From contig BCKZ01000006.1 of the NCBI GenBank assembly GCA_001600815.1, forward strand, positions 1,088,137 to 1,152,136: a stretch of DNA of 64,000 nucleotides. Reading direction: 5' to 3'. The stretch comes from Alloascoidea hylecoeti (Eukaryota). The translations under genes were made by a program, and so were the position numbers. The notes beneath the pieces were generated by a model that worked only from the letters and a program-made list of their open reading frames with translations, did no database searches and was not told where the DNA came from. Position 1 is the first letter of the stretch. Each line of letters begins with the position of its first letter. Of the stretch, positions 34,601 through 47,560 are shown piece after piece.

Positions 34601-37600
34601 CTAGTTGTTAATTCTTTTCACTAAACATTCCCAATCCGGATATCCATTTTTAATCACCCTTTTAGCTAAATCTTTTAAGATTTCTTGATGTTTTGAAGTA
34701 TTGAAAGTAAACCTTAACAATTTGTTCATATAATCTAAAGATAATGAACTATGAATAATTTCAATTGCATCAACACTCCATGAAGGATAATATTCCATGA
34801 TCTAGATAAGTTAATATATGAATCTAAAATTTACAAACTCACAGTAAACTGATTACCTTTAGCGAAAGCCATAATAATTTAAAAATTGAACCATAATTAT
34901 CGTTCACAATCTTATGGTGATCACTCTGATATTTTAAAGCTTTTGATACTTTTGATTTAATGGTAATTAAATTTGTAATACTTATCATTACCAATTCATA
35001 ATTCCAACGACTATTAATGAATAATGAAGCTGGAAACAAAACAAATTAATGCTAGAACTTTTAATCATTTAAAAAAAATACATACCTTCTTTTATTGACT
35101 TTTTATAGAAGTTCGTTAAAACACATTCAAATGCTTTTACCACTTTATCTCTTTCATTTTCCCTCTTTATATTAATTCAAATCTCAATTAGTAGTTAAAC
35201 TTTTAATAAATATTTCATAAAACTTACACTTAAACATAGATCAGATAATAAATGTAAAACATCAATATAACAAATTTCAACATCAACATTTTTACTATTC
35301 CAATTCCCAATACTTATGATAATTAAATCACAAATTTCATTTAAAATTAAATAACTAAAAATTGAATTATTATAAATAAATTTAAAACTTTTTAATAAAA
35401 TTTTAATAATTAAATTATTAATTTTTTTACTTTTACAACCACCAACTTGACCAATTGATGTTATAAATTTAAATAATCTTTTTTTATATGAAAAATTTAA
35501 TAAATTTAATAAATTTTTAATTATTAATGAAATTAGTTGAATATCATTAATTGTTAAATAAATTGATTGATGATTTAATGAACTTGTTGCAATTTTATTT
35601 AATAAAGTTAAAAAAATGTCAAATAATTGAGATGATTTGTTAATTAAAGATTCAAAAATATTTGATTCTACTAAAAATTATTAGTCATGTTAGTAAATTT
35701 GATATTCCTTTGGTTTAATTGATAATACAAGATTTTTAACTTATATTTGGAATAACTTACACGGGCATATTTTATCATCATTAAAAATCTCTAAAATCAT
35801 TTGAATTTTTATATTAATAACAGAACAATCCCATCTTATTTTTTGTAATTGATTTTCAGTATTAATTAATATATTTTTATTAATTAAATGAATTTCAAGA
35901 CTTTCATAACATTTATATCTTAAATTTTGAATCATAATTGGATTTAAAAATAATTCTTTTTCAAATTGTGATGAATCTTTATTATTAATTTCAATATCAG
36001 AATTTTCTAGTGTTGATTTTAATTGTAATTGTAATTGTGATGGATTATTATTTATCATTGTTATTTTCATTGCAAATATAAAACATTTATAAAATTCTTC
36101 CATTAATATAATTGAAAATTCAGAAAATTCAAAATCAATTTTTGAGTATTTTAAAATCCATGGATTTATTTTTGTTAATGATAAAATTAATAATTTTTGT
36201 AATTTAAAAATTAATTTAATATCATTATCTTCTTCATTATTCTCTCTATGAGATTCTGATTCAAATGATTCAATTAATAATTTAATTGATTGTAATAATA
36301 TAATAATTGATGAAAAAACTTTATGATGATTAATATTTTTTTGTTTTTGTATATTTTTATCATCTGAGATTAAAATTAAGTTATTCAATTGAATTTTAAA
36401 AAAGGCCTATAAATTGAAAGAAAATGACAGTTAGTCAATTTTTGGTTCAAGATATATTGTTGAATATGATTATAAATTTTACCTCAAAAACAACCAAGTT
36501 CTCATCATAAGATCTGATAATTGTTGAAAAAAATTCAGAAATTTCAATAATATTATCATTATTGTTTTTCACTTTTTTAACACTATCATGAATCCATTTT
36601 GATATAATTTCTAAATATAATAAATCAATTAATTGACATTTACCACAATAAATTAAAGAATATATTGATATTGAAGGAATTGGTAAAGGAATATTATTAT
36701 CATCATTGTTAAGATAATGATATGTTAATGATGTTCGAATTACTGATGTTGTTATTTCTCTTGATTTTTTCCAATAATTGGCTAATGAATTTCTTTGTTA
36801 TTGATATTTAAATAAAAGTGATTAATAGGATGGAAGAAATACTTACAATTGAAATGATCAGAAAATAATATATCTGCAAACATTAAAGAGATTAAAATAC
36901 CTGAATTTGAATGACCAAAGTTTAATAATTTTGTATCAATAAATGTCTTAATAGTGAATGGATCTAACATTATTAAAAATGTTTTCCTACTATAATTTTG
37001 ACAATTGTCAATAAGTAGTTCATTATTATTTAAAAGTTTAAAAATGGAAAACATACCAATTATCATTTGAAACAAACCAAGATATTGCAATTAAATTTAA
37101 AAAATCAATATCATATTCTTTACAAGAATCTAAAAATAAATTATGAATTTTTAAATTTAATTCTTTAACGTTAACAATTTTTCTTAATTTAGTTTCAAAA
37201 ATTTCTTGTTTTTGATTATTTTGATTATAAAATTTAAGATTTGTTAATTTACACCATTTATTAATTAATAATTTTGATAAAAATGAAATTGAAATTGAAT
37301 CAACAGTTTTTAATTTTTGTAAAATACCTAATGATAACCAATTATCAAAAACATCATTATAATGAATTAAATCACCATTTAATGAAATTAAATCAATTTT
37401 ATTATTTAATAAATTCATTTGTAAATGATTAAATATAATAAAAACATTTGTTTGATCAATTGATTTCATTTGATTAAATAATAATGGTAATAATTCATTT
37501 ATAAAACTATAAATTAATCTTGAATTCATTTTTAAATTATTTAAAACTAATGAATATTTTAAAATTGATATAAATCTTGAAATTTCTTTATTTTGATTAT

Positions 37601-37778
37601 TTTCTTTAATTTTTAAAAATTTTATAAAATTTTTTAAACCATTTATAAAATATTCTTGATATTTTAAATCCCAATTTGATTGAAATTGTGTCATATTTAT
37701 ATTTGACATTGGCATATCATTTCGCAACACGGTGGATGTGATGGATTTAAGGATTGAGTCTAAAAATAACTTAAACAT
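34601..37778 (-). CDS. Unidentified ~901-aa protein; exons 37778-37057, 36989-36847, 36781-36483, 36406-35761, 35670-35228, 35164-35086, 35029-34857, 34801-34601
   Basis: Seven short GT..AG introns, several with ACTAAC/ACTAAT, join the fragmentary ORFs into one stop-free frame of 2706 nt. A possible alternative first exon 37855-37828 splices to 37759. No domain recognised. Confidence 0.75.
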
Positions 37779-37991
37779 TATTAATTGCCTTTATTTAATA
37801 AAGAAAGATTGATATTGATATACAAACCTGCAATATTTAATATATAAGAATCCATTATAAATCAAAAGTTAAGTGGTTGGTAAAAGAAAAGAAATATTCT
37901 TCTCATATTTTTAATTTTCATTTTTCAATTATTATTTAGCTTACACACTACACCTACACCCTACATTATTTTAATTTTTAACCAACCTATT

Positions 37992-39311
37992 TTATTTTTC
38001 AACACCAACACGTTCCTTTGATAAAATATCAACCAATAAACTATTTGGTCTATTATCAACAGAATCTCTAACACCTAATTTTCCTTGTTTTTCTTGATAT
38101 TCTTTAACATGACCAAAATATTTATCAAATAAAAATGATGAATCTAATGGACCACCTTTTGCTTCTGGATGAAATTGAGTTGAAAAAATTGGTCTTGTTT
38201 TATGAATCATACCTTCATTACTTTGGTCATTTAAATTAACAAAATATTCTTGAAATTCAGGATTAAGAGTTGTTGGATCAACAGCATATCCATGATTTTG
38301 TGAAGTAATATGACATTGACCAGTTGTAACGTCTAATGCAGGTATATTATGAGCTCTATTACCATATTTCATTTTAATTGTTTTTGCACCTGAAGCAAGG
38401 GCTAATAATTGATGACCTAAACAAATACCAAAAATTGGACCAGAATAAGTTTCCATTACTTTTTTTAAATGATAAACTGTTGATGAACAATGTGTTGGAT
38501 CACCAGGTCCATTTGAAATGAAAATACCATCAAAATGATGAGCAATTTTATGAATTGGATAATCATATGGGAAAACTGTAATAGATGCTCCTCTACTAAC
38601 CAAAGATCTTAAAATGTTTTCTTTAACACCACAATCAATTACTGCAATGTGATATTTACCAGTTGATGGAACATGAAATGGAGCTTTAGTGGAAACCTTG
38701 TGTACTAAATTGATTGAGCCAGGATCAGAAAATGCTTCATCTTCATCAGCATCATATTCTTCTCCAACAGTAATTCTTGCTAAAGATGAACCTCTTTCTC
38801 TTAAATAAGTGACGATAGATCTAGTATCAACTCCGGTGACTCCGGCAATTCCTTCTCTTTGACACCAATTTGCTAAAGATTCAACAGCAGTCCAATGACT
38901 ATATTTCATTGCAACATCAGCAACAACAACACCAATACATTGAACATGAGGACTTTCAAAGTATTTATACAAATTAAATTGATCTTTAACATTTGAAGGA
39001 ACTCCATAGTTTCCAATTAAAGGTTGTGTAAATACTAAAATTTGACCTTTATATGAAGGATCAGTCATAGATTCTGGATAACCAACTAATGATGTTGTGA
39101 AAACAGCTTCACCCGATACATTTAAATTGGCACCAAAAGAACGACCATGGAAAACAGGGCCATCCCTGATTGTTAGTGTAGCACGATCAAGAGCAGTAAT
39201 AGGTAAAGAATTTGTATCTGTAACAGATGCAAATGAACGTAATGAATTTTTTAAGACATTACTGGTATAACCAGTAGTGCATTTTGATAATAAATTAAAA
39301 GATTTTAACAT
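37992..39311 (-). CDS. CPA1: Arginine-specific carbamoyl-phosphate synthetase small (glutaminase) subunit with a probable mitochondrial presequence
   Basis: [44 protein letters not shown] and QFHPE. Confidence 0.95.
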   Translation of the reverse strand: MLKSFNLLSKCTTGYTSNVLKNSLRSFASVTDTNSLPITALDRATLTIRDGPVFHGRSFGANLNVSGEAVFTTSLVGYPESMTDPSYKGQILVFTQPLIGNYGVPSNVKDQFNLYKYFESPHVQCIGVVVADVAMKYSHWTAVESLANWCQREGIAGVTGVDTRSIVTYLRERGSSLARITVGEEYDADEDEAFSDPGSINLVHKVSTKAPFHVPSTGKYHIAVIDCGVKENILRSLVSRGASITVFPYDYPIHKIAHHFDGIFISNGPGDPTHCSSTVYHLKKVMETYSGPIFGICLGHQLLALASGAKTIKMKYGNRAHNIPALDVTTGQCHITSQNHGYAVDPTTLNPEFQEYFVNLNDQSNEGMIHKTRPIFSTQFHPEAKGGPLDSSFLFDKYFGHVKEYQEKQGKLGVRDSVDNRPNSLLVDILSKERVGVEK

Positions 39312-39350
39312 TGCTAATATTGTAGTTTAATGCGAGATTTGAAATTTAAT

Positions 39351-39485
39351 TTAGAGGGAACCTGTTTTCCAAATTTGATCTAAATTTTTCATATATTAGT
39401 TTCCATAAAAACAATAAGATTAAATTGAGGGTGAGAACTTACCAGAAATATAATCAAGTCGTGTAAACAATAAGGTAAAGGGCAT
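39351..39485 (-). CDS. AAP: Arginine attenuator peptide uORF, MPFTLLFTRLDYISDQIWKTGSL; exons 39485-39443, 39379-39351
   Basis: A 63-nt intron (GTAAGT...ACTAAT...TAG) joins DYIS-D-QIWK, matching the AAP core DY(I/L)SDH(I/L)W(K/R). The stop lies 39 nt before the CPA1 ATG. Confidence 0.92.
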
Positions 39486-39569
39486 AAAAATAAGAAACAA
39501 TTATTTCGTATGTTTACCAAAAGTTTTATAGAAATGGAAAAAATCGTTTTTATGTATGAAATAGATTAA

Positions 39570-39587
39570 GAGTCATTGGACGGGTAA
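39570..39587. promoter_or_regulatory. Gcn4-like GAGTCAT and Reb1-like CGGGTAA upstream of the CPA1 uORF
   Basis: GAGTCAT at 39570-39576 and CGGGTAA at 39581-39587. Confidence 0.6.
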
Positions 39588-40649
39588 CCTTTTCCACAGC
39601 AGACTGAAAAATACGCAATCTTCATCTTCTCATTGAATTGAGATGTATAATTATAACTGTAAAGCTTTAAATTTATTGTTTTAATTCCTTCTTCTCTGAA
39701 ATTAATATTCAAATGAAAAATACAAAATACTTCGATTGATGAATACTTTCAAGAAATGTGTTATTTAGCGGTATATTTATCATTATAATGACAGCTAACC
39801 TTAATCTACTATTGGTATAATTATTCATATAAACCGGGAGATTTTGCCTTTCTTATCCCATTAGTTATATTTCATTTGGCTGGGCAATAATCATCTTAAA
39901 CCTCGACTATTAGTATAATAGAAGAATTGTCAAATATTTCAAGTTGATTTGCTATTAGTTAACTTTAAAATCATCAGACCTAGAACTTCTTCTTCAGGAC
40001 ATATTCCAGCTTGCTTGTACAATCTTTAAAAAATAAATTACCACACGCTCTTGTGATTCTTATAATATAAGAGCATTTTAAATAGGCAATAGCCAATTTT
40101 ATTAAAAAAAAAATGCTTTAGTTTAAATGCCGCTTATGATGGGTATGTGCTAATGTGCTAACTGTCGCTGCCTCACTGAAGCATATCATTTATTACAACT
40201 CTAGGTATATGCAAATCACGATTGTCAGTTATTGAAATCCTCTCAACCTTTTTTTTTTGTACTGGCCATGGATCTACAACCTCTTAATTGAGTTGTTTGC
40301 AATTTTTGTTCGTTAAAGTTAATAAGGCAAAATACATGTTGCGATTGTGAGGTCTTAAGCTTATAATGAAACAAGTGAAGGAGAAGTTCTTAACTTAAGC
40401 AAAAAGTATACTACCTGGACATCCATAAGAACAGAAATATTACTACCAATTGTGAGGAGTTCTTCAAAAATATATTGTCATCAAAGTTAATGATTTATTT
40501 TATTAATTGTCCATGTACAGTACATAGCTATAGACCACATTTTTTGAATCCGAATTCATCAATCCCGACTAATAAAATATATTTCAGTACGAAAACAATA
40601 TAACATTGTAGTTATATATTATAACTATCAAATAAACAAAGAACCATTA

Positions 40650-41540
40650 CATTAAGAAATACAGAATGAGGCTTCAACAAATGTGAATAATTCGTCAGTA
40701 TTCAATCTCCCTTTACATTGATTTCCATATAAGCCATGCATTCTTCCTTTTGAGCTGAGTTTTCTCCTCTGGTGGAAAGTCGTGTTTCGTACCAAATGGC
40801 TCATTTTTTTCTGCTATAAGGATCACCAACCACTCTGTATCATAGTACAATTTAGTACGACCTCCATTCCAAATCTTAGTCCATACCATGACACTCACAG
40901 AAACAGACTTCCTTTATATTAAATATTTCTATTCAACGGGCTGGCCTGAATATCATAGATAGGATCAGGATCATGTTACCATCCAAGATTTACCATTAAA
41001 TACAACATCATCCTAACTTCATAAGACCACTTCGATCTATTTTTAAACCATATATATATCTGCTCTTTTAGTTCTTTTAATTCACCTTTTATGCCTCAAA
41101 TGTTCCATATCCATGTTTTTAAAAAGTATCCTTAGGGGAAGCTTTTACAACCCTCAGGATTTGATCCATCGCTTTATCGGTAGGTTCTGTAAGCTTTTTT
41201 TAAATTTGAGGAGGTGTTATACTAGAAGATTTGTTAGCATATTTCTTCACAGTCAATTGCCAGTTGAAGTTTTATTATGGCCAATTTTCAACAAATGATA
41301 TATTAGTCATACTCTCTCGAGTTACATATTTCAATCAGCTTAGTTTTTTGAAATTAGTGTTGTCTGAATTTCTTAACTTAATTCTGGAATTTATTCGATG
41401 TTTATCTGGGTTATTTTATTTTGGAGTGGTGTCAGGAAAAGAGATGGGTACATTTTTACATTACACCGAATACTGGTCATAATGCAGAGGAATATATTAC
41501 GGATTAAATGGCGAAATTGATGTAGTTTTATGACTGCTTT
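40650..41540 (-). mobile_element. Second decayed Tc1/IS630-like transposase remnant
   Basis: Fragments KKLTE...ILRVVKASPK.T, WFKNRSKWS..DDVVFN and KSVSVSVMVWTKIWNGGRTKL (cf. GSVMVWGxI..G...L). The minus-strand 5' edge begins CAGT near 41536. Confidence 0.55.
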
Positions 41541-43246
41541 GGTTATATGTTATCTACTCCTTTTATTTCACCGTATTTCACACTATAGATGAAAAGTAGG
41601 AATCACCAAACTTAAATCAAGAGGTAAAATTTTCTTAATAAAACCAATTAGTGGTTAATTGTCGTCTCTACTCTGTTTGCAATTGAATTTTGAGTTAATA
41701 TCAAATATATCTTATAATTATGACTAGGTGTATCGATGGTATGGTTTAATTATTGACACTTCTAACCACAATTATAAAGGGAATAAGTAGTAAAGATTAC
41801 TATGTTATAGTACTAGTCTAAGTTATAACTGATGATTGATATCCTTAATATTTTATTGCGATTAAGAACCTTAGAAGTGCAATAGAACAACTACTAGTGT
41901 TTTATTTTCTATATATAATTGATCTTAATTATATTGTAAATGATATTTACTAAATCAATTAATAATTAAGCGGCAGTTTCTTATCAAAATTTCCTATCGA
42001 TTGTGATAACTTCATAATAAATTGCAAATATTAAGGTATATAAAGAAGTTTTTTCAAGAACTTTGTGCTTTTGAATACATCTTTTCCTGATATAGGGAGG
42101 ATTATATGTAAGATTCAGGTTCCATTAAATATTGTGGGTTTGTTTATATAATCGACACATAGCTAGCTTAAGGTTTAGAAATAAACTCTAATGAGTAAGT
42201 GTTTCTGGGTATTGTCCTAAAATAGATAAAAGAGATTTAATAAACACGTCAATACCCAATATGTCTAAAATGCTAAACTTGATTCGTAAACCAGCTGTAA
42301 ATATATTGAGACACTATTGTATTATATTGTAACAAGAAGAATTAGACCACATGTACTAAAGACATTTGGTCTATTTTAGGACATGGTAGCGGTATCTAGG
42401 TATTATTTCGGTATTATTTTGGTGCTAAATATAAATATATCCTTAATGAATGGTTGATCAACTTAAGAGACTCAGTTGAGAACTAGGTTTTACAATTACA
42501 ATACATATAAACTTTTTCAATTATATTCGATACAATACAATATAATAATAGCATTATTTAGAAAGCAGAAATCAATTAATATTAAATGTAGCATTAAATC
42601 AATAATTCCAGAAGCAATACATGTTATGATGCCTATAAGTTACAGCATTCATATATTTTACAACCACACATTTGAGTTAATGTGTTCCAAAGGAATTTTT
42701 ATGTCTTCTTGTTAAACCCAATTGGTTTTATGTTGCTGCTCAAATTTAATTTTCTAACTAAGAGCAGCTTGAAAATTTTCGAAGCCGCAACGGGACACGT
42801 TCTACTTTGCTTGAAGACTGGTAAGTTATAGAATTGGTGACCTGGGTCTAGGGCATATTCTTAAGCTTGCTAGTACAACATAAATAATTATTTTCCACTA
42901 ACAAGAAAAATAGCTAATCCGTTTCAAGACATATAAGTTACAAACCAATCCCTTTATTAACTGATTTCTAAATACAAATGCATCACTATTTCCAAAATAT
43001 CAAATAGATGAAAATACTACTATAGAAGTCCTAGATTATGAGTGGAGGAATACATGTACGAAAATTTGTAATTAACATTCATAATAAATACACCAAGTGA
43101 ATAAAGAAATTTGTTTTCATTAATTAATTAAATAGCATACATAACAAATGGTAACCATAATTTCACAAAGTAGTTACGTGAAAATAAAACAATTAGAATC
43201 ATTATAGAATAATTAGCCGCATATTTCTTGGAGAATAGAAACCAAT

Positions 43247-43717
43247 TTATACATCCTCAGCCCATTTATTTTCCTCTATGATTGCAGCTTCCTCTGCTGG
43301 AGTAAAATCATTATGAACATTAAAAGTTTCTCGGAGTTGTTCTGCAGTTTTTCCCTTCATCATATTAGCTACAGTTTTGCAACCGGCATCCAAGAGTTTC
43401 TTTATGTTTAAATAGTTGGCTGCCAAAATGATTTCAAATAACATTTTTTGATCAAGTTGAAAAAACTTTTGATCCCATTCACCTACTTCGGCCAATTTCT
43501 TATCCCTTTCATCCTCAACAGGGGGTTTGTCATCCTGGTGATGATCACACCATTCAATAACCTTCTTTAAAATATTGGACTTGACACCTCCAACAGGAAT
43601 AATTTCATTGTCACCTAAGTCTTCAATAAAGTTTTTGATTAAAACAGAACATTCAGCAATCTTTCGTTCAATTTTGAACTCTTCACCATCGGCGGATATT
43701 AAAGTTATATTTGGCAT
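43247..43717 (-). CDS. SKP1: Skp1-family SCF adaptor, intronless and divergent (probable paralog)
   Basis: [41 protein letters not shown] and NDFTP.EE motifs. Confidence 0.93.
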   Translation of the reverse strand: MPNITLISADGEEFKIERKIAECSVLIKNFIEDLGDNEIIPVGGVKSNILKKVIEWCDHHQDDKPPVEDERDKKLAEVGEWDQKFFQLDQKMLFEIILAANYLNIKKLLDAGCKTVANMMKGKTAEQLRETFNVHNDFTPAEEAAIIEENKWAEDV

Positions 43718-44749
43718 TGTTGTTAAAAAGAATAAAAAAATGATTTTATTATAAAGGGGTGTAATCAGAAAGAAAGAAACTGGAAGTGAAATATTTGCTG
43801 TTTATATGAGTATACGTAATGGACGGTCCATAAAGCTTAATTTGCTATGCATTTAATTATTTATATGTATTTTAAGTGCCTTCCTAATCTGGTAGTATAT
43901 TATGCATAAATCAGGACTATACACTTGCGTTTTCTCTTTTTTGATAGCACTCCAAGGAACAATTCTGAAAAATCATGAAAGTGGAGTACTTGTGATTTGT
44001 TAAAAACAACTTCCGAGTGAGAAGAGCCGAAGTAACTAGGGATGTGGTTTAAAGATTGCTTGGTGTTGTCTCAGGATGTTTGTGATGCTTATTGTATTCA
44101 GTTAACGATTGATCGGTCGGTGGTTACAGGATCCGTGAAAAGTATACTTGAAGACAGTTCCATCGGGCTTTCGAAGCTTAAAATATTTATAAAATAAGGA
44201 ATTCCGGGGATTCATGTTTTACGGTTTGAACTGGAACTCGGAAAGGTAGTCACAATTGTTAATAGAGTGATTGGGGATCCTAATACTATATCCATGCGTT
44301 GTAAAGCTGCCTTTTATGATTTTAAGAGTGCTATATACCACATCACACCACAAGCATACGACAACAGTACCAAACAACCATAACATATTTATATCTGAAA
44401 AATACTCACATGAATAAATATCTTACAAAATTTAAGAAAATATACTCATATATTTGTGATATAATATGAATAATTTCTTTCATTAAAAACGATCTGAATT
44501 CTACTATCAGCGCATTAACTGGAAACAAATATCAATAAATGATTGATAATGGTAATCCCAAGTACAATTTGAAAAGGAGTTGAAATGAGGTCAAATGATA
44601 AATATATTGAAAATATATTATAAGGAACCTACATAAAACAAATTGGTTTAAATAAGTTTAGGAGCTCTCTAAACCCTTTCAACTACAATATTTTCTTCAA
44701 ACTTCTTTATAAGTTTTCTTGATTATTTTACTTACCCTTCCAATCCACA

Positions 44750-44893
44750 ATGCCATACCTACAATTAACATCCTCCGATAGTGAACTGTTCCAAATCGAA
44801 CAAAATATTTCCGAACGTTCCGTTCTACTCAATAATATGATTGAAGACTTGGGTGATGAAGCTCGAAATATTCTTCGGGAAATACGCGCTTAA
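44750..44893 (+). pseudogene. Truncated SKP1 5' fragment (47 codons; not in the ORF track)
   Basis: MPYLQLTSSDSELFQIEQNISERSVLLNNMIEDLGDEA aligns with the Skp1 N-terminus, then runs into unrelated sequence and TAA. Confidence 0.85.
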
Positions 44894-46499
44894 TTATTTA
44901 TATTTTATTTAGATACAATCACTCTTGTGAAATTGCGAAGTCGACTACCATTTGCTATGTATACCATTTAATGCAAAGATGTTATGATGATGGAATTCTG
45001 AATCTAATTTGCAATATTTACAAATGTAGTCAAAATTAATCTTAGTATTTATAAAAGTGAATACAGCTACTTATATAGTAGAAATAACTATATAGCTATA
45101 CAACATAACAAAAGAGGGTTGGTAAACCATTGTTCATGTTTGTATTATCAAAGAGAGCTAGTTACAAATGTACTCCTAATATTCTGTATAACAAAAGAGA
45201 GATATTTAAGTACAACATTAATTAAACATCAATTAAGCCAAGACCGTCGGCATATATTGTATAAGAACGATTTTGGGCTCTTCAATTGGAATATTTCTGA
45301 AACAAATCGACGAGTACTACCCTATCTATTCAATAGGAAGGAATCTAAATCAAGACAGTCACAGAATTCGTATCCGGAAAAGTCTGTGACAGCCAGGCTG
45401 TAATTGAGATTATGAGCTCGAGCCTTTCACATGTACATGATGTATATGTGAAGAAATGCCTAATGTTTATGTCTCTTTCAAAATGTTAGGTCCTCATGGA
45501 GTAGGATAACATTGATGATCTGCTTGACCACATGACTAGTAGAGTGACAGCCGTTTAAAAAGGTTTAGGGTAAGAACATCAAATATTAAATTTAAAATAA
45601 CATTTCATATAAGTCTTACACTAATATAATTTCTACAATTTATAAAACGTTATGCACTATCCTAGGAACCTTTTAAAGAATTTTAGAGTATTCGATGGCT
45701 GGTTATAATATATTTGCAGTGGAATCCAAAAAGGATGATTGATTTCACCCACTCTATCATATGCATACCATCAATAGGAAGTTATAACAAATTATATTTT
45801 AAGCTACCCTATACTTAAATAAGCAGAATTTTCTTCCGGTTTGTTTCTTTATAATTACAGCTCTCCAAAAATATTATTTGTTTATTCTTTTTAACTATAA
45901 TGTCATATTAGGGCCCACCCTACCCGTCAACAACCCAAAAAACCCCACATTGATGGCTGAGAAAAAGAATTTTGAATCCTAATAATCGAACGTTTCTGTT
46001 TCCAATCGTTCTAGGTGCCAATTTTCTGGAATCATGTCCTTAATATTGTATGCCAAGGTTTTACAACCAATATCTAATAGATCAGTAAGATGTTTGATAT
46101 AAGGTACAGCTTTATCCTAGAGGAAGTAGCTTCATTGATTTTAAATTTAATTGATTAAAATAGTTGATGGTTATAATATAACTATAAAATGATGTTCTCC
46201 ATTAGTTTACATTGTTTTTGTTGAGTAATTAAAATGTAGTTTAAAATATAATTAATGGGCCTTGATGAATTCAGATCAAAGAAATAAAAAAAAAATTTCA
46301 TATGAATATATCTTCAATTCAGATCATGAACCTTCAATTTATCTGAAACCTAAGCCTGTTATGTAAATTATGAAACTTTCTGTAGTTTTTATACCAAATA
46401 CGCAAGACCGTGAGAGCACTATAACTAATATTGACTTCCATTGCAATTGTAAGCATGAGGAGTCATATGCATATATCACCCTTTTTGCCGTCTACGCAC

Positions 46500-47560
46500 T
46501 ATTAATAATTTCAATTCCATGCTTTGACTAAACAAGTCATAAACTGTGATGATAAGATAATGTTGAGAAACTCCTCTGAATTGGCAATAATAATTCTTTA
46601 TCTTGTGGGCATTAAGGTAATTAAGTATAAGCTGGTTAAATTAATTTAAGAAATATTGCTTCAAGTGTTTCATTATTATTATATTTCGGGAACAAAAAGT
46701 GCAAACAAACTAACCAAGAGGATGTAAATCCCAGTACATCATCATATTGAGATGATTTCATAACTTGACAATCTAAACTTGTAAAACTTTTGTGATGTAT
46801 GATATACTTTGCAACAGTGACACAACAACCGTTAGCAACTATGTTTTTGGAGGTCAATGCCTGGTTTTCTCACATATAATATAGTCCTAATAAGTCAGCT
46901 TTATGGGCACAGAATTGCTGTTCAGAGTGGGATAGATTGTTTGAGTAACATTTCCTGAAAGCAGCCCACTCATTACTGTAGCACCAATTGGGAGGCCTTC
47001 TTGTTAAATAACACCTTAACCGATTCATATACCTCCGAGTATATACCCCGTGTCATCAATGTTTCAGGTGTTCCTTTTATTATAGTGAAATCTGTCGAAT
47101 CATCACTCTGACCAGCTGTGCGCTGTTTGAAGCAAAAATGTACATATCCAATGAGTTTGCACGTTTGTATTTTAGCCCAGGATATTATTTATTAAAGGCC
47201 CCTTATCGATATAATACCCTTTCGCGAATTCCTTAACACTTGTGCAATTGAGTGGTTTGCTGAAAGTACGTACACATCAACTACGTGAAAAAAAGCGCTT
47301 TATCTGGGGTAGAATCAAACTCTGTCATTTCCTGAATGCTCTGTCTTGACTGTTAGAACAGTTAACTTTTACTTAGACACACCTCTATCTATTTGCCCTT
47401 TAGTGTACTTTCGCTCACTCCATAATCTTTTGCGACGCGTGTAAATTTTTCTCAGGAAATTTCCGAGCGTTTAGAGCAACTTTTTCTAAATATTGAGCCT
47501 TTCTTAGTATCTGGAAGATTTTTGTTTAATAATATTGGCTATTTTGGGGTAAGGTTGGGT
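46500..47560 (-). mobile_element. Decayed pogo/Fot1-like transposase remnant
   Basis: VAKDYGVSESTL (psq-type HTH, ~47400-47436), P..TSVKEFA (CENP-B HTH), T*NIDDTGY (cf. WNxDETG) and SNEW...C (cf. NREWVTxIEC), all collinear. Confidence 0.7.
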
